Positions 35,925 to 46,037 of a stretch of 64,000 nucleotides of DNA are shown here, in pieces. The number at the start of each line of letters is the position of its first letter. Position 1 is the stretch's first letter. The stretch spans positions 64,001-128,000 of the forward strand of contig CAVTCR010000059.1 in assembly GCA_963733195.1 (NCBI GenBank), read 5' to 3'. The notes beneath the pieces are model-generated. The model searched no databases. It was not told the origin of the DNA and saw only the letters and a program-made list of their open reading frames with translations. Origin of the DNA: an uncultured delta proteobacterium (GTDB taxonomy: Bacteria > Desulfobacterota > Binatia > Bin18). Position numbers and translations under genes: made by a program.

Positions 35925-36713
35925 TCATTCAATAAACATCCGTATTTTCTCAATCACCGCCGCTGGTTGCTCAATGTGAGGCAAGTGCCCAGCGCGATCA
36001 ATTGTCTCTAATCGGGCGCCAGGAATCGCATCTCGGTACGCTACGCCGTAATAACCAGGAGTGACGAATTGGTCATTCGCTCCCCAGAGGAGCAACGTGG
36101 GTATGTCAATTCGGCGAAGTCGTCGTCGCAATTTCGGATTATGGAAGTATGGTTCCCACGCATAGAGTACAGTCGCTTCGCGATTCCGCGCCAGCGCGGC
36201 AAGCTGCTCTTCAGAAAACTTCGTGTAATCGACCGTTGCAAACGCAGGATCGTAATATTTCAGCCGGGTAACCTCATTCGGCGCAAGCGCAAAAATATCG
36301 GGGATGTCGCGAGTTTCACGATTGCCGACCTTAATGCCGACTGGTGCAACCAGGACCAACTTGGCGATACGCTCCGTCGATTTAACCGCCATTTCCGCCG
36401 CGATCCAACCGCCAAACGAGAAGCCCATGACAATCACATTTTGTAGATTCTGTGCCGCAAGAAAATCAAGATAGAGGTACGACAGGTCATCAACGGTGTC
36501 GATGAAATCGACTTCCGGTGAGTGACCAAAGCCGGGATGTGAAGGTACGATTACGTGACCAGAGTTTGCCAGAAGGTTGAGGAAAGGCGCTTGAGGGTCA
36601 AACCCATCTTCGCCATGAAGCAGGAGAATTGGCTGCCCTTGCCCGCGTTCGACCATTTCGAGTTGGACATCGTGAACGGTTATCCACCTCATTGCAGATG
36701 ATTCTTTACTCAT
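35925..36713 (-). CDS. Alpha/beta hydrolase
   Basis: LLHG, HPGFG, GFSFGGW, GHLPHIEQP. Confidence 0.92.
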   Translation of the reverse strand: MSKESSAMRWITVHDVQLEMVERGQGQPILLLHGEDGFDPQAPFLNLLANSGHVIVPSHPGFGHSPEVDFIDTVDDLSYLYLDFLAAQNLQNVIVMGFSFGGWIAAEMAVKSTERIAKLVLVAPVGIKVGNRETRDIPDIFALAPNEVTRLKYYDPAFATVDYTKFSEEQLAALARNREATVLYAWEPYFHNPKLRRRLRRIDIPTLLLWGANDQFVTPGYYGVAYRDAIPGARLETIDRAGHLPHIEQPAAVIEKIRMFIE

Positions 36714-36776
36714 AAGCGTTGCTCGCTACCACGGTTGGGCTTGTTAGTCAGCCTCCCAGGACAGAAGAAGCTGAGG

Positions 36777-37211
36777 TTACGCCGCCTGGGGGTGACGATC
36801 CCGTCTGGTTTTTGTGCGAGAAGCCCGCTGCGGCAATACCGTATGCTGAGTTGTAGCGGCGGTCAGGATATGACAGATCAAAGCATTGAGGCTCAGTCCT
36901 TCCTCTTCTGCCCATTCTCGTAGAGAGGCATGAATCTCTGGCAGAAGGCGAACGTAAAATTGGCCTGAGAGCTTGCGACTCCAATTGTCGGGTTCTGGAA
37001 GCGCATGTTTATTGTCCGCACGTGCCGCAAGGGCATCCCATCCGCGCTCGATCACCTGACGAATTGCTCGAGCTGGGTCGCGTTCATCTATCCCGAGAAT
37101 CCCCTCTACCTTAGGTATACGTGCGATGTAGACTTCATCCTCCGCACTCCAAGCGACAGTCACGCGATAGGGAAACCGTTTAGTTTTTGCTTGGCTCGAT
37201 TTCTGTTTCAT
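36777..37211 (-). CDS. hicB: HicB-family antitoxin with C-terminal RHH
   Basis: WSAEDEVYIARIP, LPEP, SGQFYVRL.PEIH...EGLSLN. Confidence 0.85.
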   Translation of the reverse strand: MKQKSSQAKTKRFPYRVTVAWSAEDEVYIARIPKVEGILGIDERDPARAIRQVIERGWDALAARADNKHALPEPDNWSRKLSGQFYVRLLPEIHASLREWAEEEGLSLNALICHILTAATTQHTVLPQRASRTKTRRDRHPQAA

Positions 37212-37461
37212 CGTTCTCTACTAGTCCGTTTGTTTTCACCAACCGGACAAGTTCCTTAACGTAGGGAGGTTTGACATTTCCACGGGGATCAAAACCCCAC
37301 GTTAACCCTTTAGGATGGAAATACAATCGATGATCTCCTTTGCCCCGTTTCTTTTGTTCGACAAATCCAAGGAGCCGAGCAAGCTCATCAACTTCGGCGG
37401 CTGACCACCCCACGGGTTTATCGCGTGCTCGCTCCCAGAGCCGTCGCAGCCGTCGGGTCAT
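37208..37461 (-). CDS. hicA: HicA-family toxin
   Basis: GF....RGKGDHRLYFHP, VKPPYVKE; lies upstream of hicB; exact end uncertain. Confidence 0.75.
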
Positions 37462-37542
37462 GCGATTATATATAGTCGCACGACTAGGAGACGTCTAGAA
37501 GAAATTTTCACATAAGATGTGAGCACAGGGCGCGCTCCACAC

Positions 37543-37992
37543 CTATAGAGTAAATTCTACCACAAACCCATCGGCCAATTCTTGGCCGCCGCCGATATAG
37601 TTGTCGTTGACATCGCAGACGATCAAACGCTTGCCAAATTTGCGGGTGCTCCGGCCCACCCCTTTTTCGGCTGCGCGAGAATGAAGATTTGGCCTGTGTG
37701 TGGCGCGAAACTTTGAGGTGCACGATCAATCCCCGTCGGAGGAGGAATCTTTCCGACTGGCACAAGTGCGGACACTGCCCCATTCGTTTTCACGCAATAA
37801 AGCCCTCCACCGCCTTCTCCTTCTTCTCCACATCATATTAAGCCAGATGTCATCTCCTTCTCCGGCGATAGGAAAGAACGGATCGTAGAATGTTCCCTGC
37901 GGAACCAACACTCGTGCATTGTATCCAGTAGCAACGGTGAGTTGTGGTACCGCCATGTATGATGCTGCGATTGGATCGAGGGCTTGCGACAT
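37543..37992 (-). pseudogene. Probable internally deleted gene (beta-propeller-like N- and C-terminal ends joined)
   Basis: MSQALDP...IWLN..GEGGGG..PPPTGIDRAP followed abruptly by GKRLIVCDVNDNYIGGGQELADGFVVEFTL*. Confidence 0.5.
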
Positions 37993-38168
37993 ATGAACCT
38001 CCAAAGGTCAGGTTTCTTTGCTGGTGCGTGTCACGTGTTATCCCCTGTCTACCTCATCAGAGAAAACTTCCCGTAGCATGCGCAATACGGTCTCGACTTG
38101 CAAGGCTCTGGGACTTTTCTTTCTGTGGATTTTCTGTAACAGGGTAGGACGCGAGGAGGAAGTGTTCG

Positions 38169-39398
38169 ATGATCCGAATGAATGAAAACTATCTAAAATT
38201 ACAAGCATCATATCTCTTTTCGGAGATAGCCAAACGTGTGAATGCCTACCAAGCAGAGAATCCAGAGAAGAAGATTATTCGTCTTGGTATCGGTGATGTC
38301 ACACGTGCATTACCGGCAGCCTGTATCACTGCCCTTCACAAGGCTGTTGATGAAATGGCAGTTGACGCGACCTTCCGTGGATACGGCCCTGAACAAGGAT
38401 ATGCATTCTTACGTGAAAAAATTGCTGAACATGATTTTCGTGCACGTGGCGCGGAGATTTCGCCCGAGGAAGTTTTCGTTAGTGATGGATCAAAATGTGA
38501 TGTCGGCAATTTCCAAGAACTCTTTGCCTTCGATACCCGCGTCGCGGTCCCTGACCCCGTGTACCCCGTCTATGTTGATACGAATGTGATGGCCGGACGT
38601 ACCTCGGCCTGGAAAGACGGGCGCTACGAAGGGCTTGTTTATCTTGAATCGACCGAAGCGAATGCTTATGTTCCGGCCCTGCCAAAAGAGAAGGTCGATG
38701 TCATCTACCTCTGTTTCCCCAACAATCCGACTGGTCGCACAGTCACCAAAGCGCAACTGCGACCGTGGGTTGAATATGCACGTGAAAACAAGGCGCTGAT
38801 CCTTTACGATGCGGCCTATGTCGCTTTCATTCGCGATGAATCATTACCGCAGAGCATCTATGAGATCGAGGGTGCGCAGGATGTCGCAGTAGAGTTCCGC
38901 AGTTTTTCTAAAACTGCGGGGTTTACCGGGACACGCTGTGCGTTCACTGTTATTCCCAAACAGTGCAAGATCTACGATTCGCAAGGGAATGGGCATTCAT
39001 TACATGCGATGTGGGATCGGCGTCATTCGACCAAATTCAATGGCGTTTCATATCCTATCCAGCGTGCTGCCGAAGCGGTCTATTTGCCGGAAGGGCAAAA
39101 ACAGATTCGTGAACTGAGCGATTATTACCTCGCTAACGCGGCATTGATCCGCAATACGCTGAGCAAAGCAGGTTTCAAATGCATCGGTGGTGATCATGCA
39201 CCATACGTGTGGGTCAAGGCTAACATGGATTCGTGGAAGTTTTTTGATCTGATACTGCAAAAAGCAAGTGTGGTGTGTACACCAGGTGCAGGGTTCGGCA
39301 AGTGTGGAGAAGGCTACATTCGTTTTAGTTCGTTCAATAGCCGCGAGAACGTTGAGACCGCATTGCAGCGAGTGTCGGAGGCGTTGAAGGGGTTGTAA
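38169..39398 (+). CDS. dapL: LL-diaminopimelate aminotransferase
   Basis: [43 protein letters not shown]. Confidence 0.96.
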   Translation: MIRMNENYLKLQASYLFSEIAKRVNAYQAENPEKKIIRLGIGDVTRALPAACITALHKAVDEMAVDATFRGYGPEQGYAFLREKIAEHDFRARGAEISPEEVFVSDGSKCDVGNFQELFAFDTRVAVPDPVYPVYVDTNVMAGRTSAWKDGRYEGLVYLESTEANAYVPALPKEKVDVIYLCFPNNPTGRTVTKAQLRPWVEYARENKALILYDAAYVAFIRDESLPQSIYEIEGAQDVAVEFRSFSKTAGFTGTRCAFTVIPKQCKIYDSQGNGHSLHAMWDRRHSTKFNGVSYPIQRAAEAVYLPEGQKQIRELSDYYLANAALIRNTLSKAGFKCIGGDHAPYVWVKANMDSWKFFDLILQKASVVCTPGAGFGKCGEGYIRFSSFNSRENVETALQRVSEALKGL

Positions 39399-39467
39399 CG
39401 AGCAGAAACTAATGCTGTAGGCGATATGCTGCAGGAGACTAAATACCAGGCTAAGTCTGAGAATTAC

Positions 39468-39565
39468 CAATGAAGAGTGAAGAATGAAATGAAAGACAAA
39501 TGCAATGTTCATCGACGTCGCTCTGCTTCACCACTTCTACATTCTGAACTGCGTTCATTCTTCAT
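39468..39565. repeat. Inverted array of degenerate heptamers (ATGAAGA / TTCTTCA)
   Basis: aatgaagagtgaagaatgaaatg ... ttctacattctgaactgcgttcattcttcat. Confidence 0.6.
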
Positions 39566-39576
39566 CAGCCTGTACG

Positions 39577-40792
39577 ATGACAACCCAATTCGACATCACC
39601 ATTATCGGAGGCGGAATTGTCGGCCTCGCCACTGCGTTGGAAATAACGCAGCGTTGGCCAAGTCTGAAGCTTGCTGTCCTAGAAAAAGAAGATCGTCTGG
39701 CCGCGCACCAAACCGGCCATAACAGCGGGGTTATTCACTCCGGGATCTATTACAAGCCAGGCTCACTCAAAGCTCAGACGTGCGTGACCGGTGCAAAAGC
39801 AATTGTCTCTTTTTGCCGACAATACGATATTCCGTATGAAATTTGCGGCAAAGTCGTAGTTGCAACCTCACACAGCTGAGCTGCCCCGTCTCGAAGAGTT
39901 GCACCGGCGCGGAACCGCCAATGGCGTTGAAGGAATAGAAATGATCGGCCCGGAGCGGCTGCGAGAACTTGAACCGCACGCGACTGGCATCAAAGCCCTG
40001 CACGTTCCCACAACCGGGATTATTGATTTCCCACGTGTTGCACAAACATACGCACGCCTCATTCAAGAAAAAGGCGGAGACATTCGCTTGCGACATGAAT
40101 TGCGTCGAATTGTTCATGCTGACGGTGGGCTTATCCTTGAGACTTCACAGGGCTCGATTCACAGCAAGTTCATGATCAATTGCGGTGGACTTCATTGCGA
40201 CCGCATTGCGCGCATGGCCGGTGCTCAGCCTGACCTACAAATCGTCCCGTTTCGCGGAGAATATTACACCGTCGCTCCGCAGCGACGCAGTCTGGTCAAG
40301 AATCTTATTTACCCGGTTCCTGACCCGGCCTTCCCTTTCCTTGGCGTCCATTTTACCCGCACAATCGATGGGTTCGTAGAAGCGGGGCCGAATGCCGTGC
40401 TAGCCTTCGCTCGCGAAGGCTACAAAAAAAGCGACTTTAACGCTCGTGATCTGCAAGAGACGTTGAGGTTCTCGGGTTTCCGGAAAATGGCGCGCAAATA
40501 TTGGCAAACAGGTATGGGCGAAATGTATCGATCCTTCAGCAAACATGCATTTCTGACAGCACTACAACGCTTGCTGCCAGAATTAACCCTGAATGACCTG
40601 CAACCTGGCGGCAGTGGTGTCCGAGCACAAGCGATTTCTTCCGAAGGGGTGCTTGTTGACGATTTTATGATTGATGTCACAGGAAGTGCCTTGCATGTCT
40701 TGAATGCGCCGTCTCCAGGAGCGACTGCGTCACTTGCGATTGGCAAGATGATCGTGGACAAAGCAGAAGAGGCGTTCGGGCTGGGAGGCTGA
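39577..40792 (+). CDS. lhgO: L-2-hydroxyglutarate oxidase; one frameshift near 39870
   Basis: [49 protein letters not shown]. Confidence 0.93.
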
Positions 40793-40813
40793 GAGTAAGA
40801 TGACGTGCGCCTT

Positions 40814-41036
40814 GTTACCGGGGAATGAATTCCCCGGCTATCCTCATGCCATCACTACGCGATGTATTGGTATGCCGTAGCGCGGCAAATGAAGGTAGCC
40901 CGGTCTTTGAAGGCCGGGACTATAAGGACCATCACCATCCCACCGTCGCGGCGCGACGGTTGATAGGGAACGTGAAAACGCACAGCGAGGTAGCCTGGAT
41001 ATCCCGGATTTTGCGACGCTTCATCGGGGCTACAGG
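40814..41036. repeat. Palindromic repeat cluster left of vapBC
   Basis: ccggggaatgaattccccgg, cccggtctttgaaggccggg, accgtcgcggcgcgacggt, gtagcctggat...cttcatcggggctac. Confidence 0.7.
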
Positions 41037-41441
41037 CTACCAGAGGACTTTCACCAGGCCGGATTCTTCAATATCGCCGTCCCGTGTGAGAAGGGGCAGA
41101 GCCATGCTCCTGGCTGCCGCACATATGAGTGCGTCAAACGGGTCATTATTCGGTCGTGCCTCGTCTGCCAAATAAACCTGTTCAGGGGTTAAATCCAGAG
41201 ACTGGTACGCCGGGTTACTGAAAAGGTCAGCAAAAAACTCCCGCACCGACCGATGGAGATTAATCCGACCGATGCGCACCAGCATACTGATTTCCCACAT
41301 CGCGGTGACCGGAACATAGAGCAGGGCTTGTTGCCGCTCACAGGCTTGAAAGTGCGTCCTGGCTTGTTTCCCCAAGCGTTTGCCACCGGCTGCATAAAAC
41401 ACTAAGGGGTGAGTATCGGTGACCGCAGCAGATTCAGCCAT
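41037..41441 (-). CDS. vapC: VapC PIN-domain toxin
   Basis: VTDTHPLVF, WEIS, DPFDALICAAA, LLTRD. Confidence 0.88.
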   Translation of the reverse strand: MAESAAVTDTHPLVFYAAGGKRLGKQARTHFQACERQQALLYVPVTAMWEISMLVRIGRINLHRSVREFFADLFSNPAYQSLDLTPEQVYLADEARPNNDPFDALICAAARSMALPLLTRDGDIEESGLVKVLW

Positions 41442-41769
41442 GTTTTTGCTTTCCCAGTGTAAGATGAGAAACTCTTCTCTTGGGGTGGGCTTTCTTGGTC
41501 GCCATCCGACGCCGGTGATGGGGAGCCATGGGAAAAAGCTCTCGGATGGCAGCGTCGGCTGTGGAAAGATCGGGATCCGATTCTGCAATCTGGATAGTTC
41601 CTACTACCGATCGAATGAGTGTACTCTTTTCCGTGCTCCCTGTTCGTGCTTCGTGGATCAACCGATCCAACGTTTCGCTGACGCTACGATAACCGGAAGA
41701 CACAGTCTGCGCTCGGAGCCATACGAGATTGCTGGGATCAAGGGTGACAGAAATGGCTTGTTTATTCAT
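41434..41769 (-). CDS. Putative RHH antitoxin
   Basis: KQAISVTLD...SVSETLDRLI; overlaps the vapC start; tandem operator-like repeat at the ATG. Confidence 0.75.
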   Translation of the reverse strand: MNKQAISVTLDPSNLVWLRAQTVSSGYRSVSETLDRLIHEARTGSTEKSTLIRSVVGTIQIAESDPDLSTADAAIRELFPMAPHHRRRMATKKAHPKRRVSHLTLGKQKHG

Positions 41770-41805
41770 ACGATAAACATACGATAAATAAAGAATCTAG
41801 TCGAG

Positions 41806-42049
41806 TAGTAGCCCGGATGAAATTCGGGGATTATGTTCCTAGATTACGCCTCGCTTCATCCTGGTTACGAGATTGTAACCTTCGTCACCTGCACTCCGGA
41901 ATGGCGAAGACCTCACACTCCGTCATTCCGGGCAAGCAACGCGAGACCCGGAATCCATTCTTGCCCTCCTGATGCCTTGCCTTCGGAAGGAGGTATTGGT
42001 ACGCCACAACGCAGCAAACGGAGGTATCCTGGCCTTTGAAGGTCGGGAC
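41806..42049. repeat. Palindromic repeat cluster right of vapBC
   Basis: gtagcccggatgaa...cttcatcctggttac, cgtcattccgggc...cccggaatcc, and a 57-bp direct repeat of 40864-40920. Confidence 0.7.
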
Positions 42050-42120
42050 AGCTAAGAGGGGATTCCTCTTTACGTTTCATGTTTTATTCTCTATCACTCA
42101 TTACTGCACAAGGAGTGTGT

Positions 42121-42972
42121 ATGCGTATTGGTACCATCCAAAGTCTCTGGCGTTATCCAGTCAAATCGATGCTCGGCGAGCAATTATCCAGCACCTCCCT
42201 TGGTCCGCTGGGTATACCGGGTGATCGAGGTTATGCGATTCGTGATGAACGCGCGGGTGAAATTCGCGGGGCAAAGAATATTCCGCAACTGTTCCAGTTC
42301 TCTGCACGTTATCTCGCCGCACCGTCTGACTCACATATTCCTCCTGTCGAGATCACCCTGCCGAACCGAACGATCGTACGGACAGACGATCCAACGATAC
42401 ACGCACAGATCTCACAAGTGTTGGGCAAAGAAGTCACGATCTGGCCACGTCAACCAAAAGAAAACACCGACCATTACCTTCGTGCTCCTGGAGGTCTCGG
42501 TGACCTGCGACCAGTCTTTGGCTTAGAAGAAGGAGAACCTCTGCCTTCTTTTGAGGGCATTCCTGAGGAGATTTTCCAATATGTTGCGCCGCTGGGAACC
42601 TATTTCGACGCCTATCCGATTCATCTCCTCACTACCGCAAGTCTGCAAGGACTTTCCGCTCATTATCCAGAAGGCGCATTTGCCCCGGAGCGATTCCGTC
42701 CCAATATTGTCATCGCCACTGACGACAACAGTACACCAGATGTCGAAGCCTCGTGGAAAGGAAAAGTGCTGCGTTTAGGGGAGATTGAGTTGTCTGTGAA
42801 CGTACCTACGATCCGCTGCGTTATGACAACGTTACCCCAAGGAGAGCTGCCAAAAGATCCACGCATTTTGCGGACTCTTGTTCATCACAACGGTCACCAC
42901 GTCGGGTCCTACGCTACCGTCCATAAAGGAGGTGAGATTCGCGTAGGTGACCCGGTTGAATTACTGTCGTAG
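42121..42972 (+). CDS. MOSC domain protein
   Basis: LWRYPVKSM, GDR, FDAYPIHL, RFRPNI, RCVMTT. Confidence 0.93.
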   Translation: MRIGTIQSLWRYPVKSMLGEQLSSTSLGPLGIPGDRGYAIRDERAGEIRGAKNIPQLFQFSARYLAAPSDSHIPPVEITLPNRTIVRTDDPTIHAQISQVLGKEVTIWPRQPKENTDHYLRAPGGLGDLRPVFGLEEGEPLPSFEGIPEEIFQYVAPLGTYFDAYPIHLLTTASLQGLSAHYPEGAFAPERFRPNIVIATDDNSTPDVEASWKGKVLRLGEIELSVNVPTIRCVMTTLPQGELPKDPRILRTLVHHNGHHVGSYATVHKGGEIRVGDPVELLS

Positions 42973-43506
42973 GAAAGAACCTGGGCGTTGATAATGTAGA
43001 GAATCGGAATCTTGTCATATTGTTGTTCTATTTTACTCCTATAGAGGGACTATTATCGCCAAAATCGCCCAACTCGCCCGTAAACAGTTGTCAGACCACG
43101 GAATTGTCTGTATAAGATAGTGTCATGTGGAGGAAATGGTGCTGACGAATTCTCTTACTCCCCCTTACCAACGAGCAATTCCTCTCATCTCCCCTCTTAT
43201 CGCAAATGCTTTCGCAAAGCCGGATGACAACCTTAACGAACTATATCGGTGTGCGATTTTCCATAATCATTTCAAAGAATTGCAGCTGTGGCAGTACCAG
43301 GCAACGGTGGTTATGCAACGCAAAAGAGTTGCTCTCCCCTGATCTTCGCTGTGTTAAGTTTCAAAGGGACCATGAGCGTAAGGCTATAGATTGATTGCAA
43401 AACAGACCTCGTTGATAGTACTTGTGTCCGTTATCTTGCTCTTGCCTGAGGGAACGCAGATGAATTTAAGCGGACACAAGGGGCCACGGCTCAATATGTA
43501 GGAGAG

Positions 43507-44013
43507 ATGTTTTACCGGGTCTTTATTGGTCTCGGTTCAAATCTCGGCAACCGACGAGCGAACTATAAGAAAGCGCTAGAGCTGATCACTGCGCTGCCGA
43601 AGACGCGTATTGTGAAACGCTCCTCTCTGTACGAGAGTGAACCGATCGGAGATGCTAAGAACTGGTATGTCAACGGCGTGATAGAAATAGAGACCGACTT
43701 CGCCCCAGATAAATTGCTCGCTCGCCTACAGGCCATTGAGAAGGCGATGGGCCGTAAGAAGACTCCACAAACAAAAAAATGGGCCTCACGCAAGATTGAT
43801 CTCGATATTCTCCTGTTCGATAACTACATCGTTGACAGCCGAAATTTGAAGATTCCCCACCCAGAAATTCCTAATCGCCGGTTCGTCCTTCTTCCCCTTT
43901 CTGAGCTTGCCCCCCAACTTGCTCATCCTCGCCTTGGGGCGACTTTTGCCAAGTTACTTGCCGCCTTAAAAGATGCTAAGAAGGTAATGCTCTTACCACC
44001 TAATGCTGACTAA
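43507..44013 (+). CDS. folK: 2-amino-4-hydroxy-6-hydroxymethyldihydropteridine pyrophosphokinase
   Basis: IGLGSNLG, SSLYESEP, RKIDLDILL, IPHP, RRFVLLPL. Confidence 0.95.
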   Translation: MFYRVFIGLGSNLGNRRANYKKALELITALPKTRIVKRSSLYESEPIGDAKNWYVNGVIEIETDFAPDKLLARLQAIEKAMGRKKTPQTKKWASRKIDLDILLFDNYIVDSRNLKIPHPEIPNRRFVLLPLSELAPQLAHPRLGATFAKLLAALKDAKKVMLLPPNAD

Positions 44014-44031
44014 GAGCAGAAAGAAGGCTTT

Positions 44032-44679
44032 ATGAAAATCTTCATCGACACCGCAGACGTTAAAGAAATTCGCGAAGCCAACGCGTGGGGAATCCTGGAT
44101 GGTGTCACCACCAATCCTTCCTTGATCGCGAAATCTGGACGATCGCAAGAGTCCGTTATTCAGGAGATCAGCTCGATTGTTGACGGGCCGATTAGCGCAG
44201 AAGTTGTGAGTGTCGACGCACCAGGAATGATTGAAGAAGGCAAACGGTTGGCAGCGATTCACCCCAACGTTGTCGTCAAAGTCCCGATGATTCCTGAAGG
44301 GCTCAAAGCCACTAAGGCGCTCAGCGGCCAAGGGATTCGGGTCAACGTCACCCTCGTTTTTTCTTCTGCACAAGCTGTACTCGTCGCCAAAGCCGGCGCT
44401 ACTTTCGCGAGTCCGTTTATCGGTCGGCTTGACGATATCGCCGAGGACGGCATGGCATTGATCGCTTCGATCGTACAGATCTACAAAAATTATAATTTCC
44501 CAACCCAAGTATTGGTTGCCAGTGTCCGCAGTCCTATGCACTTCGTGCGTGCCGCTGAACTTGGGGCTCATGTTGCGACCTGTCCGTTCAACATCCTACA
44601 ACAAATCATGAAACATCCCCTTACTGACATTGGCTTAGAGAAATTTCTCGCTGATTATCACAAAGCGACCCAGCGTTAG
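44032..44679 (+). CDS. Transaldolase / fructose-6-phosphate aldolase family
   Basis: [39 protein letters not shown]. Confidence 0.93.
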   Translation: MKIFIDTADVKEIREANAWGILDGVTTNPSLIAKSGRSQESVIQEISSIVDGPISAEVVSVDAPGMIEEGKRLAAIHPNVVVKVPMIPEGLKATKALSGQGIRVNVTLVFSSAQAVLVAKAGATFASPFIGRLDDIAEDGMALIASIVQIYKNYNFPTQVLVASVRSPMHFVRAAELGAHVATCPFNILQQIMKHPLTDIGLEKFLADYHKATQR

Positions 44680-44903
44680 GCGGGAGGCACCGCGAGACAC
44701 GGGGCACGGCTTGGGCCGTGTCCGTACAGCGCTACGAAACGTGCCCGTGGCTCCCTCTATCATTGTGCATAGAACATGCGGTTTTGCTGGTCTTGACGAT
44801 CAGGAGACGAGGGGCCTAACATGACTCCTCCATATGGCCTATTGCTCTGGCTTTCATCGTAGAGCTAGATTACTGAGAGCCTAGCAAAAGGAAGTGTTTT
44901 TGT

Positions 44904-46037
44904 ATGTTCCAACTTCCTCCGGTCTATTTTGAGCACTTGCTTGCCAGCTCGCTTGATATCGTCATTGCCGTCGACAACGAAGGCCAAATCATCTTTTACA
45001 ACGACGGAGCGTACCGAACCTTAGGGTATACGCTTGCCGAGATTCGCGGCAAACATGTCACTACTGTCTATCCCAACATTGCGGAAGCACGGCGAGTGAT
45101 GGCAGCAATGCGTGGCAAAGAATCTGGAGAAACAGGGCAAGTCAAGAATTTTGAAACCGAGCTGGTTGCTAAAAATGGCGAGCATATTCCTGTAGCGATC
45201 TCGGGGTCGGTGATTTACGATGAAATTGGCCATGAGCTCGGCTCGATTGGCTTTCTCAAAGATCTGCGTGAGATTCGTCGCCGTGACCAGCTTGCGACAC
45301 TTGGGGAGTTGGCTGTTGGCCTTGCCCATCGTATTAACAACCCTCTTGAGGTGATCTTCAACAACCTAGAAGTGCTCTCCAAACATCTCGCACAGGTGCT
45401 ACCCGACGAAGACCATGTAGTTGAAGAAGAACGAGTCGAATCGATTCATCGCGAACTCGAAAAAATTCGTGCGATTGTCAATCGAATCGATGATCTTGCG
45501 CACGGCAGCCACTACACGACCACTGAATACCTGCATGGCTCTCGTATGGCCGATCTCGGACGTGACGATGCTACTCTGTCGCCTGCTCCAGAAGAAACCC
45601 AACCGACCAATCGCGCCCTTGCAGGGCTGACTATTCTTGTGGTCGATGATGACTTGGGAGTGTGTTACTCGTTACGGGATCTCCTCCGCGAAGAAGGTTG
45701 CGAAGTAGAAGTTGCGACTAATGGTCTGGATGCACTGAAGGTACTGGCGCGACGCAAGGTCGATATCGTAGTAAGCGATGTCGTCATGCCTGACCTTGAT
45801 GGCTATGATCTCTACATGGAGGTTCGTGAACGCTATCGGCAAACTCCAGTTATTTTGATGACGGCATACTTTTACGACAAAGACCATGTCATCAAACGCA
45901 GCCGTCTTGAGGGACTACAAGAAGTGATCTTTAAGAAGCCAGTCGATCCGGCTCGGCTCAAACAGATCATTCTCCAGCGCTGTCGACCTGAAGTGGTTCC
46001 TCCGCAGCCAGCCCTACCTGCTCAGGAAGAGAAGTGA
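44904..46037 (+). CDS. PAS - HisKA - receiver protein lacking an HATPase domain
   Basis: PAS N-terminus, LAHRINNPL H-box, REC ILVVDDD..SDVVMP..KP; no N/G boxes. Confidence 0.85.
   Translation: MFQLPPVYFEHLLASSLDIVIAVDNEGQIIFYNDGAYRTLGYTLAEIRGKHVTTVYPNIAEARRVMAAMRGKESGETGQVKNFETELVAKNGEHIPVAISGSVIYDEIGHELGSIGFLKDLREIRRRDQLATLGELAVGLAHRINNPLEVIFNNLEVLSKHLAQVLPDEDHVVEEERVESIHRELEKIRAIVNRIDDLAHGSHYTTTEYLHGSRMADLGRDDATLSPAPEETQPTNRALAGLTILVVDDDLGVCYSLRDLLREEGCEVEVATNGLDALKVLARRKVDIVVSDVVMPDLDGYDLYMEVRERYRQTPVILMTAYFYDKDHVIKRSRLEGLQEVIFKKPVDPARLKQIILQRCRPEVVPPQPALPAQEEK

Noticed and set aside
43127-43394. Short ORFs or ncRNA in the MOSC-folK intergenic region
   Set aside because: No recognisable motif or convincing structure; cannot be supported from sequence alone
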